64,000 bases of DNA, taken from positions 56,794,001 to 56,858,000 of the forward strand of contig NW_024704742.1 in the NCBI RefSeq assembly GCF_018977255.1. The letters are read 5' to 3'. Positions 37,811 to 52,239 of the stretch are shown here, piece after piece (the first letter of the stretch is position 1; each line of letters opens with the position of its first letter). Origin of the DNA: Callorhinchus milii (lineage: Eukaryota). Below the pieces are notes generated by a model. The model had not been told where the DNA came from. It saw nothing but the letters and a program-made list of their open reading frames with translations, and searched no databases. The position numbers and the translations under genes are program-made.

Positions 37811-39889
37811 AGGTATTCCTGCAACAAGGGAATCAAATGATGCTTCAGCAGATTAGTTCTCCCAATACCCAGAATTCAGCCTTTCTTGAATCTAAAAAAG
37901 TCTAAATGGGCAGTTATGTGTTAATGTTATCCTCAAACCATATATACTACGCAGAAGTATTAAGCTATCACTGTTTTGAGTAGCACTAATCTGTTTTACA
38001 GTATTTTTGCTCAGAAATACAGTGCAATGATGGGCATTTCACTAAGTTGCATTGAAGTATCATGCATTTACCTTTTCTGTTAAAAATACTGTTTAAGGGA
38101 TCACTAGGTGTGTATGTGTATTGATTTTCTACAGCTTAATAAGATTCTACCTGTAATACTTTTCTACTCTTGAAGTAAAAGATGCTCTCATGTTTGCCTC
38201 CATTGTGTTCTTTTTCGCCCATAAAAGTCTTTCCTTGTAGATGTACTCTTCATGGTCCGGCCAGCAGATTGGCTCACTCTCCTGAGTGAAAGGGTAACTT
38301 TCTGGACTGTTGAATCCAACCAGGTGATTTTTTTAGTCTCAATGGGGAACTAGGTGACTTTACATTGTTCATATCAAGGGAGTCCTACATGCTGTTGGTT
38401 GTGAGAGAAATGTTCTTTTCGTAAACGGAACACATTTAGGAAGTGTGCATTCAGGATAATTTAGCATTAGCACTGGAATGTGAAGCAATGTGAGTTTATA
38501 GGACTGAAAGGACTGGAAAGAAACTGGTTTGTCAGTCTTCCATACTAATGATGATGCGCTTATATTGTAGTTTGGCAGGGTTGGCTGTTTTATTGACATC
38601 ATTGCACATGATAATCATGATTGATCAATGTTATGTTGAGGCCCGGTCTAAGTGTGACAACACACCTAGCTGAGTGCCATGTTACAAGTTTCTAATTAGC
38701 CACCTGGCTCATTGATGCACCTCTCCTTAATCATTGATTTAAATATTGCTTTATGTTGATCTGATTACCACTTTTCTTCCATTTTCTCTCTCAGTGTTGA
38801 CTTATTGGGTAATGGCACCCAGTTAACCTCTGGCAGATCTCCAATCAGTCAGGCTCCGCCATTGTTAAGTGCTCTGAGACGCTACCCTACGTGGATGGCG
38901 CTATATAAAGTGCAAGTTGTTGTTGTGATGTTTCTAATCTGTATTTCTGGGATGGAGTGTTGGTGGCAATTCATCAGGTGCTGCCTTGCTGAGAGGCTGA
39001 TTCAATACAGTTTAGATGTTAAAACTCTGACCCAATTGCCTTTGGTGCCTTCATTCATATATCACTGATCAAGTCATGATTTTTATTTTACTACCATGTT
39101 AATTCTACACAAGCATAAATAACCACACACCTCTTGACTTCAAAATTAAGACTGAATTGAACAATTTGAGAAATTCTGCATGTTCTAAATTCTCATACAG
39201 GAAATACTGACCGAAGTGGAATTTACCGCATCTCTTCGTAACCTTCATACCAACCCCCCAGCAATCCAAGTCTAATTTAAACTGTTTATGATCCTCTAAA
39301 TTTACCTCTCCTTATTTGATTCCTTTTTCCATGGGATTTAGCTTCATGAGTGCTGTTTATCCCATACCTCATCCAAGTGTCCCTTATTCCAATAGAACTT
39401 TTACAACGGGAGACAAGATGTAGATGATATTGCAGCCAAACCCACCTAATCACATACACGTACCTTCCAGGCTTCCGGATAATAAGAAGTTGGAATCATG
39501 GCTAATTTTCCCCCAGAGAACTCTCAGGCCAATTATAGCACCCCAACTGCTAGCTCAGCTCAGACCAGAATTCAAATCTGCAACCATGCAGTTTGCTTCC
39601 ATGGTCACCTACAAAACACACAATCAATACACCTTATATTCTGTGAAGTGCTTTGAGACATCCGGCTGACATGAAAAGCCCTGTACCAAATGTAAGGATT
39701 ATTAGAATTATTTTTACTCTACTGTCTCGCTACATGCCTTTATTAGTTGTGCCATCGGGGGAGTTTGCTGTCCATCTGATATATTTTATCATCAGTGCTC
39801 AATAACAATTAAAGTAACACACTGAGGAAAAGAACTGATCGAGATCAAGAAATTAATGAAATATAATTAAGTTCTCTTTCTAATTGCAG

Positions 39890-39951
39890 GAACTTCTCGG
39901 CGATCGAAGTTATTTGGTACCTTTCCAGGAAACTACGTGAAGCGACTATAA
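39890..39951 (+). CDS. SORBS2: SORBS2 last coding exon (G)TSRRSKLFGTFPGNYVKRL*
   Basis: ttgcag|GA...CTA TAA; canonical SORBS2 C-terminus. Confidence 0.96.
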
Positions 39952-42130
39952 AATTTTATACAAATTTGTATCTGCAGTGCATTGGTTGAGCACAATATCT
40001 ACAACAGTTATTAAATGAAATTTCAGTCTGCAGATACTCGAACATAGCCTCTGTGACAGTTGTGTGATTGACTACAGCTAAGAAGCATCGCATCATTTTA
40101 GCACCATCTTCTGCCAAGAAATAGGAATAGCTTTAAAGCATCGATCATGCTGTCTGAAGACTGATCTGTCTTTCCTTCTTGTCTTGAGAGAAATTATTTT
40201 ATAATTATTATTATAGCAAATCTCATTTGCTCACTTTTTGTCCATGCATGCAGTAGTGATGCCTATTTATTCTCATTGGTACAGAAGCTCACAATGGTCT
40301 GTCACTAACATTTATTATTAATGATTTTGTCAAATAGAGGAAAATATATATACGTATATATATATATATAAAAACACACACAATATGTTCAGTGTGTAGT
40401 CTTCAATAAATCATACAGCTATGATAATTGCCCAGAATAGGTGCCCCTGTTCATTCACTTTTTTTTTGTGCTGAGGAATATATGGTACAATTAAATAATA
40501 ATTTACATTTCCTAGAGATTGTTTTGAAAATGTTGATTTAGTAATCTCACCCGGAGACAAACTCTCAAAGGATCATTGATTCTAGTCATGCAGTACTCTT
40601 AATGGTCATATTTCTGAAGTCCTTAGGCACTTTTGAGTTAGCAAGCCTAGGTTGTTGTATTAACATCAGTGACCATTAAAACTCAGCAGTTCTGAAGAAC
40701 TGAGACATGTAATTGTTTTACTTAATGAGAGTTTAAAAGTATATTCAGCCCAGCAACTGCAGAGGTGTGGGCAAGTTTTGTCACTGTATGGTGCATCCAC
40801 ACTGAAGTGCTATTGATGTGTATCTTTTTTAAAATGGTTTTGGAATCAGAAGCATCATTCAACGTTGAATGCCACTTGCCCCAGTGAAATGGAAATGCCT
40901 TCGCTTTCCTGCTTAATTATCTATTCAAAGCTCCTGAAAAGAATCTCTTGTACAATTTGTTTATAAGTTTGAATAGCAGAATAACTTCCTTCTAATATAT
41001 ATGATTTTCTGGAGAAAGGTTTTAGTAAAATTTACTCAAGTTGACGCCATATTACGTCCATGATTTTTTTAAATACAAAATTGAGTAAGATATACCATGT
41101 AATAAAAAGATCACCAAGTATTACTGCCATGTTTATTTTTCAACACACACAGACGAGGAATGGTTGGCGCTGCAGCACCTTAGTTTTTAAGAAAAAGTGT
41201 GACTTTTCTTTCGTAAATGCTTGAATTTACCACAGTGTATTCAGTCTAGCATTTTGTATATATGTCTGCTGTACAGTTATTTAGTCATCAATTCACTACT
41301 TTTCACATGTTTTCATAGGCCTGTCATCTCCCCTACTCCCCCTTTTTACTAACGGCCTCTTGTGCGCACGTTGCAAGAACATTTAGATGGTGCAAATGTA
41401 TATGATAGTATTTTATTGCAGAATTTTGCAATTTATACTTCAACAAAATAGTGTTACCAGCAAAAAAAAACTAATTACATATGTCTTTATACTGTAATTG
41501 TTAACAGTAGGAAATGAGGAAAAATGTCTGGACAGGTTCAATGATACCCTTTTACAATACCTTTGTTACACCAAAATTTGAGGTCGTAAAAGCTACGTAA
41601 TTCTGAAGCTTCGAATTTTTGGACTTAGTCAGCTGCATGCAGCACTGGTGTGAATTAAAATTCTTTACTGTCATTTTATGATGAAAATTACAATATTTGT
41701 TGCCTGTAAGATGAAAACTCTTTATATTCTCTGTAATTGATTTTAAAGATTTCTTTCACAACTGACATCAGTTAATTGACTTTGATGCAGCAAGATTCTT
41801 ACAGAGAAAAACTTTTTGTGTTTTTGTGAATTCCAACCCCTAATAAATTTTGCCTGAATTAAATGCACCCTGTTTTGTTTGGTTTAAAGCGCATCAAGAT
41901 GTTCCACAGTAGTACAGTGTTTCTTCGTTCCGTCATTGACAGCAAGAATAATTGAGGTTCCTTCAATTGTCATGTACATCACATGTCTCAAGTTGCTTAT
42001 TTACCATATTATATGAGGCCTGGGACTGCTTAAAGTGAATAGTTAAATGGTCTGTAAAAATAATTCTCGATTCCTCATTGTTACCTTCAGATTGTTAACC
42101 TGCACTGAATAAATGTCACCTAAAAAATTA
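39952..42130 (+). other. SORBS2: SORBS2 3'UTR with AATAAA at 40405, 41101, 41842 and 42108
   Basis: AT-rich stretch with no recognisable TE after the stop; SINE/LINE fragments resume after ~42130. Confidence 0.65.
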
Positions 42131-44164
42131 TAGGTGTTGCCTCTGGGTCAGAAAGTTGTGTGTTCAAAGCCCCATGTTGGGATTATTCTACTTGAGTATT
42201 ACCTAATAGTTGAAGCACCTATTGAGACATTTTGGGGCATTCTCCAAATATGAAAAGTGCTGCACCAAATACAAGGATTATTTATTATTACAGAAAATAA
42301 AATCAGAATCTCGCTATGTGGGACACAAAATTAAAATATACCTAAAAATTATAGAAGAGGCGGTTAAAAAAAGAAGGAAAGGCTGGAACGTGGAAATGGA
42401 ATTAGATGCTTGAAGAGCAGGGATATTAAAGGGTGTGGGGAGGGAGCAGGAGCGTGAGATTAGATAGCTCATGTGAAGGAAAAGTACCAGCTCAGCCCTA
42501 ATGCAATTGATCAAGACATTATTGTGCATGAAGGAGCTATCTAAATGTAAGCAGGTGTTGTTGATGGGCCAATATCTGCTGTCACGCTATAATGTTCTAT
42601 CATGCCACAAACACATTGCAATAGCAATGCTAGAAAATCCATTAATTCTAGCATTGCTTCACGTGTTGCATCCCTTCAGGCATCCCTTCACACCCTGGCA
42701 CCTCCCTACCTTTCTGACTCCTGCCACCGCTTGGCTGGCTCTAGCTTCCTGCTTGTCCCTCACCCCTCAACTCCACAATCGGCATGTGAGATTTTAGCCA
42801 TTATGCCCCGAAGCTTTGGAACGCTCTTCCCCCAATGCCTCCACCTTGCCACTTCTTTTCCCTTTGACTGTGCTTGAGGTCACCTCCCACCTGCTCGGCA
42901 TCAGGTTCCACCACTGTTAATCTGCCCCATGTGAAGGTCATTATATAAATGCAAATAGTTGTTGTTAATTCAAGTTTAGTTTGGAGATAGAGGTTTATAA
43001 TTGCACTCACATCTTGAATAAGGGCACAAACAGAATTATAATAAGTGATCTTTCAGATACGATGTTAAACTGAAGTCCTGTTTTATCGTTCAGATGGGCA
43101 TTAAAGATTCCTGACATTATTTAGAGCATTGTGCCCTTGTCAACAATTTTTCCGATTTATTGGTCATTTACCCGAAAGGACCTTCTTGGCTTATGTAGCT
43201 TCTGTGTTTTTTTTAAATCAACAGTAACATTGACAATCTTCACCATCATAGAGCTAAAACCCCATTTATGCCATTTATGCCATTTCCAGACTGGACTTTT
43301 CTACTGTCCTGCTCATAGCCTCCTCAGCTCAAGCTCCATACTTTCCAGAACTCCATGAGCCCATCTTTGCCATCTTCGCCTGGTTCGCTTATCCTCAGCA
43401 ATTTAATTTTAAGATTCTTATCCTTGCCTTTAAATACTTCCATGGCTTTGACCCAGGCTAACTCAGTGATCTTCGGTCACCCTACTCGCCCAGCCACATC
43501 ATCTGCCAACTGTGGCCTGCTTCATGCTCCCCATGCTCTCCACCCCACCATTGTCAGCTTAGCATTCAGCCACTTTGCCTTCACCCCTTGAATTTTAACC
43601 CTCTGCCTCACTGCCTTTCCTTCTGCATTCAAAACCTGCCCAAAAATCTCTTTGGCTGGTTCTTCGGCCACCTTCCCCCTACTGTTGCCCTTCCAATTTT
43701 GGACTCAAGGTCAGTCTTTGTAAAGCGCTTTGAGATGTTCTCACTATGTAAAAGGTGCTTGAAATGTGAAATTTGTTGTGAACAACTTGTGAAGCGTTTG
43801 TAAATATGTTGACCTGATAAGGCATTATATTCTCTTTCTCGTTCACATTCTCTTTATATGTTTGGAATTAAAATTATTTCTGTACAAAGCTATGAAGTTC
43901 AAGTGAAGGCCTATCATTCAAAATGAGTGAAGTGAATATTTTGACTATAAAATTAGAAATCTCTTCTTTCACATCTTTTGGTACCTCTGAAGTGCGCTCA
44001 GTTACTGTAAAGGCTAAATCAGAAGTCTTGCCAGTTGTTGGTCCAAAGATTCTCAAAACACTTTGACTGCTTCAGATTAATTTGCATGTTTAAGTTATTA
44101 ATTTTTGAATACTGTAAAACTTTCTGGAATGATATGAAGTTCACCTTGCGATGTGGCCTCTCAA

Positions 44165-44612
44165 ATAATAATAATTCTTAAATTTGACATAGTGCCTTTC
44201 CTATAAGGACAACATCTCAAATAGTTTCACAGGATTTACTGTGAAGTGTAGTGACTGTGGATTTCATAGGCAAATGCGGAGGTCAATTTGTGCATAGCAA
44301 TGTCCCACAAATGTTTATATTGCCCCTTCATGAAATGAATAACCTATTGTATCTGGTGATTGATAGCCAGGACACCGAGCGAAACACCCTTCTGTTCAAA
44401 GACTGCCATAAGATCTTTCACATCCACCTGAACAGGTAGACGGGACCTTGATTTAACATCTCAGTCAAAGGACTGCTACTCTCACAATGCACACAACCAC
44501 AGAACTATATTCAATTGTTGACCTAGACTGTGAGTTTAATGTCCCAAGAGTGGGCTTAAACCCACAAGCTTCTTATTCACAGGCGCGACATCATTCAACT
44601 GAGCCAGGCTGA
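44165..44612 (-). mobile_element. Near full-length Deu-type tRNA SINE
   Basis: Tail, core and tRNA-like head shared with the 51145-51525 copy. Confidence 0.72.
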
Positions 44613-47324
44613 CATCAAAAGGAAACAATAACTCAAATTACCTAAAGTAACCATATAATCATGGCTATGTAATGTGCTTAAAAGGATTAAACTGAAGCTG
44701 GTATGTGTGGATTGTAAATCTTAAATTCTTTAAAATCCTGTTTTAGCCAATAGTTTTTTTTCGCTTGGCAGCTGCAAAATATACATCTACAATTATTTTC
44801 AAAGCATTTTTTCCATAGACAAGATGAGAAAATATGACAGCTTAGAGATATAGATGCATAGTTCTTAGAAATTATCCATTATTGAAACCTTATACGCTAA
44901 TGGCAGAGTAGATGCATTTACCTCTTCGCCCAGCTGTTGTTTTCTTATTTAGATTTTCTGTTAAGGAAACTGAAAAGACAAATTATTCGCTACAGGGTTC
45001 AAACACTAGGGACATAAGGTTAAAAATTTGGGATTTATATGGAAGAAAAAAAGTTGGGTGAAACATTTTATTGAAACAGTTATAGACTTGTGGTATAAAT
45101 GCCATTGAAACAGACATAATTGACAAAGGATGAAAGAGTCATGTATTGACCAAACAGGCTTAGGTGCCTGACTTCAGGATCTACTGTACAGTGTAGTGAC
45201 TGTATTAGTAGGTGAATGCAGCAGCTAATTTTTCACACAGTACTTTCTGCAACAAACAGCCCTGAAGTGAATGAATAATGTAGATTACCTCAGCCCTCAG
45301 TTACTGTTGCAGTATAAGTTAATGACTGAGGGGGCACATAGTAAGTTAATTACTGTCTTTTACTGTCTGCTTATTGGTAGCCATGCCTTTGAGAGCAGTG
45401 TTGTAAAGTAAATGAGACAATTTAGCTGCCCCCAGTGGCATAAAAAACACCTAAAGTTGTTTCTATACGATTGGAGGCAGCATTGTACTGACAGTCACTA
45501 AAAAATGCTATGGTGGTATAGGCTACTGTTACCAGTACTCTAAACCACAATCATAGGCAACAAGATGTACGGATTCCTAATTCCTGACCTAAACAGACCT
45601 TTCCCAACAAATGGAAGGAATAAAAGTTAACAAAAATGATTTGTAAACAACACAGACACAGTTGCTGACTATTGTCGCAAGTGTTGTAGATATTCCTCAC
45701 AGACTACACTTTGTGGATGTCAGGGTACTTTTCAAAATTGAACCGAATTTTATTTTATTTGAAAACGAAATTCCACACCCAGTACAACAAGTATTTCAGA
45801 CCCACTGCATGTTCATTGATTACAACCTCCAATGATTCCAATTCCCTGATGGTGTGGTGAGTAAAAGCATGGCCTGGTGCAGTCATGAACAACAGGATAG
45901 TTAAAGATTTATATTCGCAGTCTGTGCTAAATTAGCTAATCTCATTTGGAGGCTGCAATTGTGGGACATTTTAAATGTCCTATGGATTAGGGAAGCAAAA
46001 TCAACTGGCATTCCCACTCCTGTTTGGTATCCAGTGATAAGCCTTGCTGATAAGTGGAGTCACTCGATCTATGGCAGCAGATGTAGAATAGCTTATGATT
46101 AACCTGATGAGTTTTCATACTGCAATTGGAAAAACTGAGACAATGGCTGTTATTTTTATACAGTTCAGAACAGTAGTTTGCTGCTAACATTGCACCTTTT
46201 TTTTCTTTTAATGGAATCCAGTTCAAATCTGAAGTAAAATGAAAATATTTTTAGACCTAGTTGTATCAGTAAAATATACAGTCCACAAAATATACAGTCA
46301 ACTCACTTTACAGTGTATTCTGTGAATCACTTTGAGATGTCTCAAAGATGTGATAAGGCGCTACATCAAATGCAAGGATCATTATTATTTATATTCTTGT
46401 AATGAATGTCAGTTTTGCCTTAATTTCACCTTTCCATTCTATCTCAAGTCTCCACCCTCTAAATGGCATCCAGACTTTTGGCCAGATTTGTGGTGTTTGT
46501 GATCTTAAGATAGAGACAGCTCTCAAAACAAAAAAAAAGCAAGTAGAATATGTGATGCAAGTGAAGATAAACTAGTGAATAAACTGTTCCTAGAGTCTCA
46601 TATTGAAATAATTTAGGTGAAACATGTAAATCACAGATCTTGCAATTAATACACTTTCGACCTGAATAGAAATCGCTGTAATTGTTTGCAATTTGATTTA
46701 ATACCTTTGATGTTAGCTCAGAGTATAGGAGAAGAAGGGGTTACACAGATTATAAAGTGCATCTATAACTATGTACACCCCAAATCATAGGCATTTCTGT
46801 CACATGAGCTTGTGCTACAGTCTCAACATTTTGAATTAACTATACTGCTGCCAAATTTTAATGTATTTCATTTGCAGCGTACGTTTGTTGATAAAGTGGT
46901 TGCACCGTGGACTCCATTACAGCTTTACAATACATAATAATAATAAGAAGAATCTTTACATTTGATATAGTGCCTTACAACGTCTTTGAGATGTCTCAAA
47001 ATGCTTCAAAGAATATGCTGTAAAAATTAACTATCTTTGCTGGGCGAAACGCGGAAGCCAATTGTGCATGGCAGAGTCCCACAAACAGTCACGGATTAAG
47101 TGACCAAATAGTTATTATTTTTTAAATCGAATTTAAAATTTAAAAAAAATGTTGAATGGATATTTTTTTCAAGTCATGTACACATGGGTTCGCAGATCTC
47201 TGTCACTCCCATTGTGTAATTAATGATGTTAAATGATGTACTAGAGTCGCAAGGGATGAGTTGCCTCGGATATTAATAATAATTGATATTTAATATTATT
47301 TCTAAATAATAATAACAATAATAC

Positions 47325-47690
47325 AACAACTTGCACTTATATAGCGCCCTACACGCAGGTTAGTATCTCAGAGCGCTTAACAGTGGTGGAGCCTGACTCT
47401 GAGCGGAGGGGAAGCATGAGAGGTGACCGTAAGTAGTCGAAAAGAAAGCTTTTCAGGTGGGACGTAAAAAAGGGGAGAGGGGGTGGGACATGACGGAGGG
47501 ATTGAGGGAGGGTATTCCAGAGGTTCTGGGTGTAGTGAAGGAATGCACAACCTCAATGGTGGAGAAGAGGGCGTGAGGGACAAGCAGGAAGCCAGTGCCA
47601 GTCGATCGGAGGTGCCGGTTGGTAGATTGGGGAGTGAGAAGATCGGAGAGGTAGGGAGGTGGCAGGGAGTGAAGGGATTTGAACACCCTG
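47325..47690 (-). mobile_element. L2 3' fragment
   Basis: FKSLHSLPPPYLSDLL peptide and L2 tail. Confidence 0.8.
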
Positions 47691-47964
47691 TAAAGTGCTT
47701 TAACATGTCCTCCTAATGTGAAAGCACAATATCAAATACAAGGATTATTATTATTATTATTATTATGCTTGTGGTCCCATTCTGAAAGAGCTATTGTTTA
47801 GTCCCTGCCTCTGAGAGGATCAAATTCAAGATCCTAACATACAGATCCCTTCATAGCCTAGGACTGCCCTTTCTCTCTGATCCGCTGGCACCCCACTCCT
47901 CTGCCTACACCCTTCACTCAGCTGGCACAATATTTCTGTGTGCCCCCATCCCCTCAAGTACCAC

Positions 47965-48606
47965 AACAACAACAACAAGATTCCATTTATAGAGCGCCTT
48001 TCACGTCGGGAGGACGTCCCAAGGCGCTGTACAGTTGGGTCAGGACCCGAGCATTGGGGGGGAAATGGTCAGGGTGAGGGGAGGGAAGGGAGGGAGCGAG
48101 GAGTGGGTAGAGAGTCGAGAGGGGAGCTGAAGGCACAGTCAAAGAGAAAGGTCTTGAGACCGGCCTTGAAGGAGGAAAGGGAGGAGGCGGCGAAGGCACT
48201 GGGGGATAGAGTTCCAGAGCCTCGGGGCTGAGAGGCTGAAGGCCCGGCCACCGATGGTAGGGCGGTTGGGGCGGGGGATGTGGAGCAGACTGGAGCCAGA
48301 GGAATGGAGGGTACGGGCAGGTAGGTAGGGGGATAGTAGGTCGGAGAGGTAGGAGGGAGCAAGGCCGTGAATGGCCTTGTAGGTGAGGATGAGGATCTTG
48401 AAATCGATCCTCTGGGGGATGGGGAGCCAGTGGAGGCGAGCGAGGGTGGGAGTAATGTGGTTGCGAAGCCTGGTGCGGGAGAATACATGAGCTGCAGAGT
48501 TCTGAATGACCTGCAGCTTGTGGAGGGAGGTGCCGGGAAGGCCGGCGAGGAGAGAGTTCCCATAGTCCAGCCTTGAGGTGATAAAGGCGTGGACCAGAGT
48601 TTCAGC
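47965..48606 (-). mobile_element. L2 3' fragment
   Basis: Reverse-strand [20 protein letters not shown] region; (aac)n tail. Confidence 0.88.
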
Positions 48607-51144
48607 AAACCACCACCAATGGTACCCTCTTTTTATCTTTAAATCCCACCTTAAGAATTACTTCTTCAACCAGAACTATGGTCACATCCCCTCTCCCTTT
48701 TTCCTTGCTTATTAAGACATAAGAATTTAAGAATTTGCAAGGTGGAAGAAGACCAAGGTCTATCCATTTTGCCTTCCACCATCTCAGCAGTCGTTTGACA
48801 TGTCATGTCCCAAACTATATATTGTATATCACATGTCTTTTCCAAAACTACATATTGTATTCCGAGATATTAATTTTACAAATCTATCTAATTTGTTCTT
48901 GAAACAAACAACACTTTCTGCTTCCACCATCTCCCCATTCTCATATATGTATTGTACTTTACCTGCCTGATTTTAGAGCATGCAGTAGTTTATATTTTCC
49001 CATAGTTGCACAATTTAGACATTTCCTGTCTTGCTGCAACCTCAAGAAGACTTTGGAAGGTCAAGGATGATTTGCTGTCCAAGCTTGGAGTTGCTTGTTT
49101 TGTTTGTTTTCCCAGTTCCTCCTCACTACAAATCATGCATTTGTGTGATGTTATCCCTGTGGAATGTCTTGATGCTGTTCTGTTCTATTTTTGAGTAATA
49201 CTTCCTTGTCTAAAAACAAAGCTGTTTCTCTTTGGCAGTCAGGCGCAGACTGAGGATATGGGAAATTAGGAAATTCCCCAAATGCCCCGTGAATCGTTCC
49301 CAAACGCCCCCATGAACGGCTCCCAATGCTGTGATGCCTAGTTCAGAAGTTCCGTTTTAGACTGACAAAGCTTTTAAATGTGCCGATACTTCATGCTTTT
49401 TGGCATCCCCCATGAATCATCACCCCCATTTTAGGTGACAATCCCCAGCCCTTTTGGGGAGCCAGTCCACCCCAATTGGCAGTGATGTCTTTATCGGTGA
49501 ACCACAATGGGTTTAAGGGCCTTCTGTTGGTGGTTTTTACACTACACTTGAAGTATATCGAAGGGTAGGTACCTTTATATCTAAGTTGGTATCCATAGCC
49601 CATAATCACTGAAACTCCCTTTCTCTATTCCTCTGTCTTTTCCGCTCTCTATCTGTCTGTAATTTCCACTTTAAAACATAACTCTTCAACTGCATCTTGT
49701 CACTTCCAGTCTCCCTTGTTTGATGCCCAACCCGTCTTTGTAAAGCACTCCAAGACTTTATCCTACCAAAAGAGTAATACTTAAATACAACTTGTGTTGA
49801 AAAGCTCTCGTTCTCCCCGATGGATGGCATCCAACCCAGGGGAGCAGCTCTGCTGGCTGAGATATGCCAAGTAATGCTAAGTAATGCCAAGATTTCTGTT
49901 GATTCTTGCATCATTCTGAAAATCCAGAGAGAAACGATAAATGTATCTTAAAAACAACCCATCGGTAACAATGCCCACAAAACCCACACAATCACACCAA
50001 TCTACAGCATATTATGTGAAGCGTTTTGAGACGTCTCGATGATCTAATAAGTCAAGGATTATTATTAATACTTTAGATTGAAACTGCTATACTTTTCCCA
50101 CAGTACTGTTCCCCTTTAAGCGAGGTTTTTTTGGTTCTCAATGTGATTGGCAGAAATGTTTTCATTTTCATTTCACAGGAGATTTACAGCCAGACTGCTA
50201 ATAGAAAATACCACAGATCCACAACAGAAGTAATTTAGTGGATTTGCTAATGAATTGTTGCCAATACCAGCCCCACCACTGCCAAGTAAAATTTTCTGTC
50301 TGGGTTCTTTGCACAGTTGTTAAATGTGGTAAAACAACAGTGTGCTGCTGGTTTAAGAAAAAAAATCACCTGAAGCTCTGATACTTTGTAATGAAAACCC
50401 AATTTATTTTACTTTCGAGACAAATTGTATCCTTGTGACATTTCTGTTCTCATCCAATTGGAAGTGTTACATAACTACACTTGCCTTTCACTCATTGTGT
50501 ATTAAAGTACCTGTATTGTGCTATAAAGTGATCTCTGCAATATCTATATTCTCTACATTTTCACAATGCACATAGTATTCATTGCTGTCCTTGGATAACA
50601 GATAACATTTGGAGTATGGCTCAATTTGGGAAAATCTTCAAAACGTTGGATGAGCATTTGCAAACTCCAAATGTTGGCTAACTTGTTCAAAGGTCAAGGT
50701 TTTATAATTTGACATACAGTATCGGAAGTGTAATATAAGTTTGAATGTTACATGTTATATAGTGCATGCAGATCAGAGAGCTGTTGCTTTTTGGTAAGAC
50801 TTGATTCTTTGTCTCAATGGGCACTGAAGTTGGAGAGGTTACAGTCCTTGTGGGTTTACAAGGACAGTGGGTGATGGGAGCTTGGGGTAAAAAGTACAAC
50901 AATTCATAAGTTATCACATTGAATCTGTTATGAAATATCATATTTTACACTCTCCCTGTTTGTTCTTTGTCCTTTGCTACTATAATACTGGGAAAACTGA
51001 GGAGGAAAGGGAGATGGGGGAAATAAATCTGTAGAAAGATTGATCCTGTTGCTTCCCCAATTCTAGGTCCAGGCTGTGCATCCCATGTGCTAATGTTATA
51101 TGTGTCACAAGTGATCGGCGTATACACTTGTTAATACTAAAATT

Positions 51145-51525
51145 ACGAATCCTTGCATTGGATATAGTGCCTTTCAGGAGACTGTGTCTTTGGTAAAAGA
51201 AAGCAGTAGCCAATTTGCACACAGCAATGTCCTATAAAGAGTCATGAAGTGATTGACCAATTTTATCTGGGGATTGTTGGCTAGAACACTGGGAGAAACT
51301 ATCTTCTCTTTTTGAATTGTGCTGTGGGATGTTTAACATCCACCTGAACAAGCAGATGGGAACTTGGTTTAACATGTCAACCAATGGATGGCACCTCCCA
51401 CAATACAGTGCACTCCAACATGGCATTGAAGTGTCAGCCTAGACTATGAGTTGAAAGTCCAATGTAGGGCTTGATCACACAACTTTCTGACTCAGCGTAG
51501 AGAATGCTACAAACTGAACCGGCTT
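51145..51525 (-). mobile_element. Near full-length Deu-type tRNA SINE
   Basis: Tail, core and head motifs shared with other copies. Confidence 0.75.
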
Positions 51526-52239
51526 GATACTTTTATTTGGGGTATTGTTGTGCTGTGATGGATCTTTGAGTTGCACCTTTTTGATCTTAACAAATTGAGA
51601 GAATGTGCAGGAGATTTCAGTTGCAGCAAGGCATTCATTGTGTTGAAAAACTGGAGAGGCAAGAGTGGTGGGCACGGAGAGGCCAAATGACTTTTCGGCT
51701 ACAATCAGGGGATAAGGTTGACAATAAACTTAATGGCCTTTTTGACCTCCACCAAGCTGTAGGTATGAACCAGTGAGAAAGTGTGTAGAAATATACACTC
51801 TGGTCCCAGTCCCTCCAACACTCCAGTTTTAACAGTTACATTTTTAGGAGTTTGTGAATAGTTTGTAGATATAATATAGGTTTTGAGTGTCAAAGCTGGT
51901 TATTTCTCATTATATTGAATCTCTATGAATCTTTTTATCCATTGGTTGTTCTTACAAAGAGTATTGTAGCACAAACAGGCCCAAATAGTCCATGTGCCAG
52001 TGTTTATACTCCATACAAACCTTCAACCTACCTATTCCTCCCGCCTATAACCTGTCTCTCTGTTCCCTTCTCCCTCATGTATGTGTCAACTTTCCTCTTA
52101 AATACACAATGCTATTTGTTTCCACCACAGCTTCTCATTATTCTCTGCGTGAGGAAGTTCCTCCTTAACTCTCAATTAGATCTCCCTACTGACTAGGGTG
52201 TCAGGTTCGATCCACAGCTTTCCTTTCTCCCCCACATCC

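Larger units (their letters stand above)
2176..42130 (+). other. SORBS2: SORBS2 (ArgBP2) gene, 3' portion; 5' exons lie upstream of the window
   Basis: Manually spliced exons give recognisable SORBS2 peptides (INPDEIDLENEPWYKFFSELEFGRP, RKRRKSEPAV, three SH3 domains, C-terminal FGTFPGNYVKRL*). All boundaries are GT-AG with consistent phases. PDLIM3 follows downstream. The 3' end is estimated from AATAAA at 42108. Confidence 0.97.

Noticed and set aside
50604..50675. 12-bp inverted repeat aacatttggagt/actccaaatgtt
   Set aside because: Short with a poorly paired interior; probably a decayed MITE or chance
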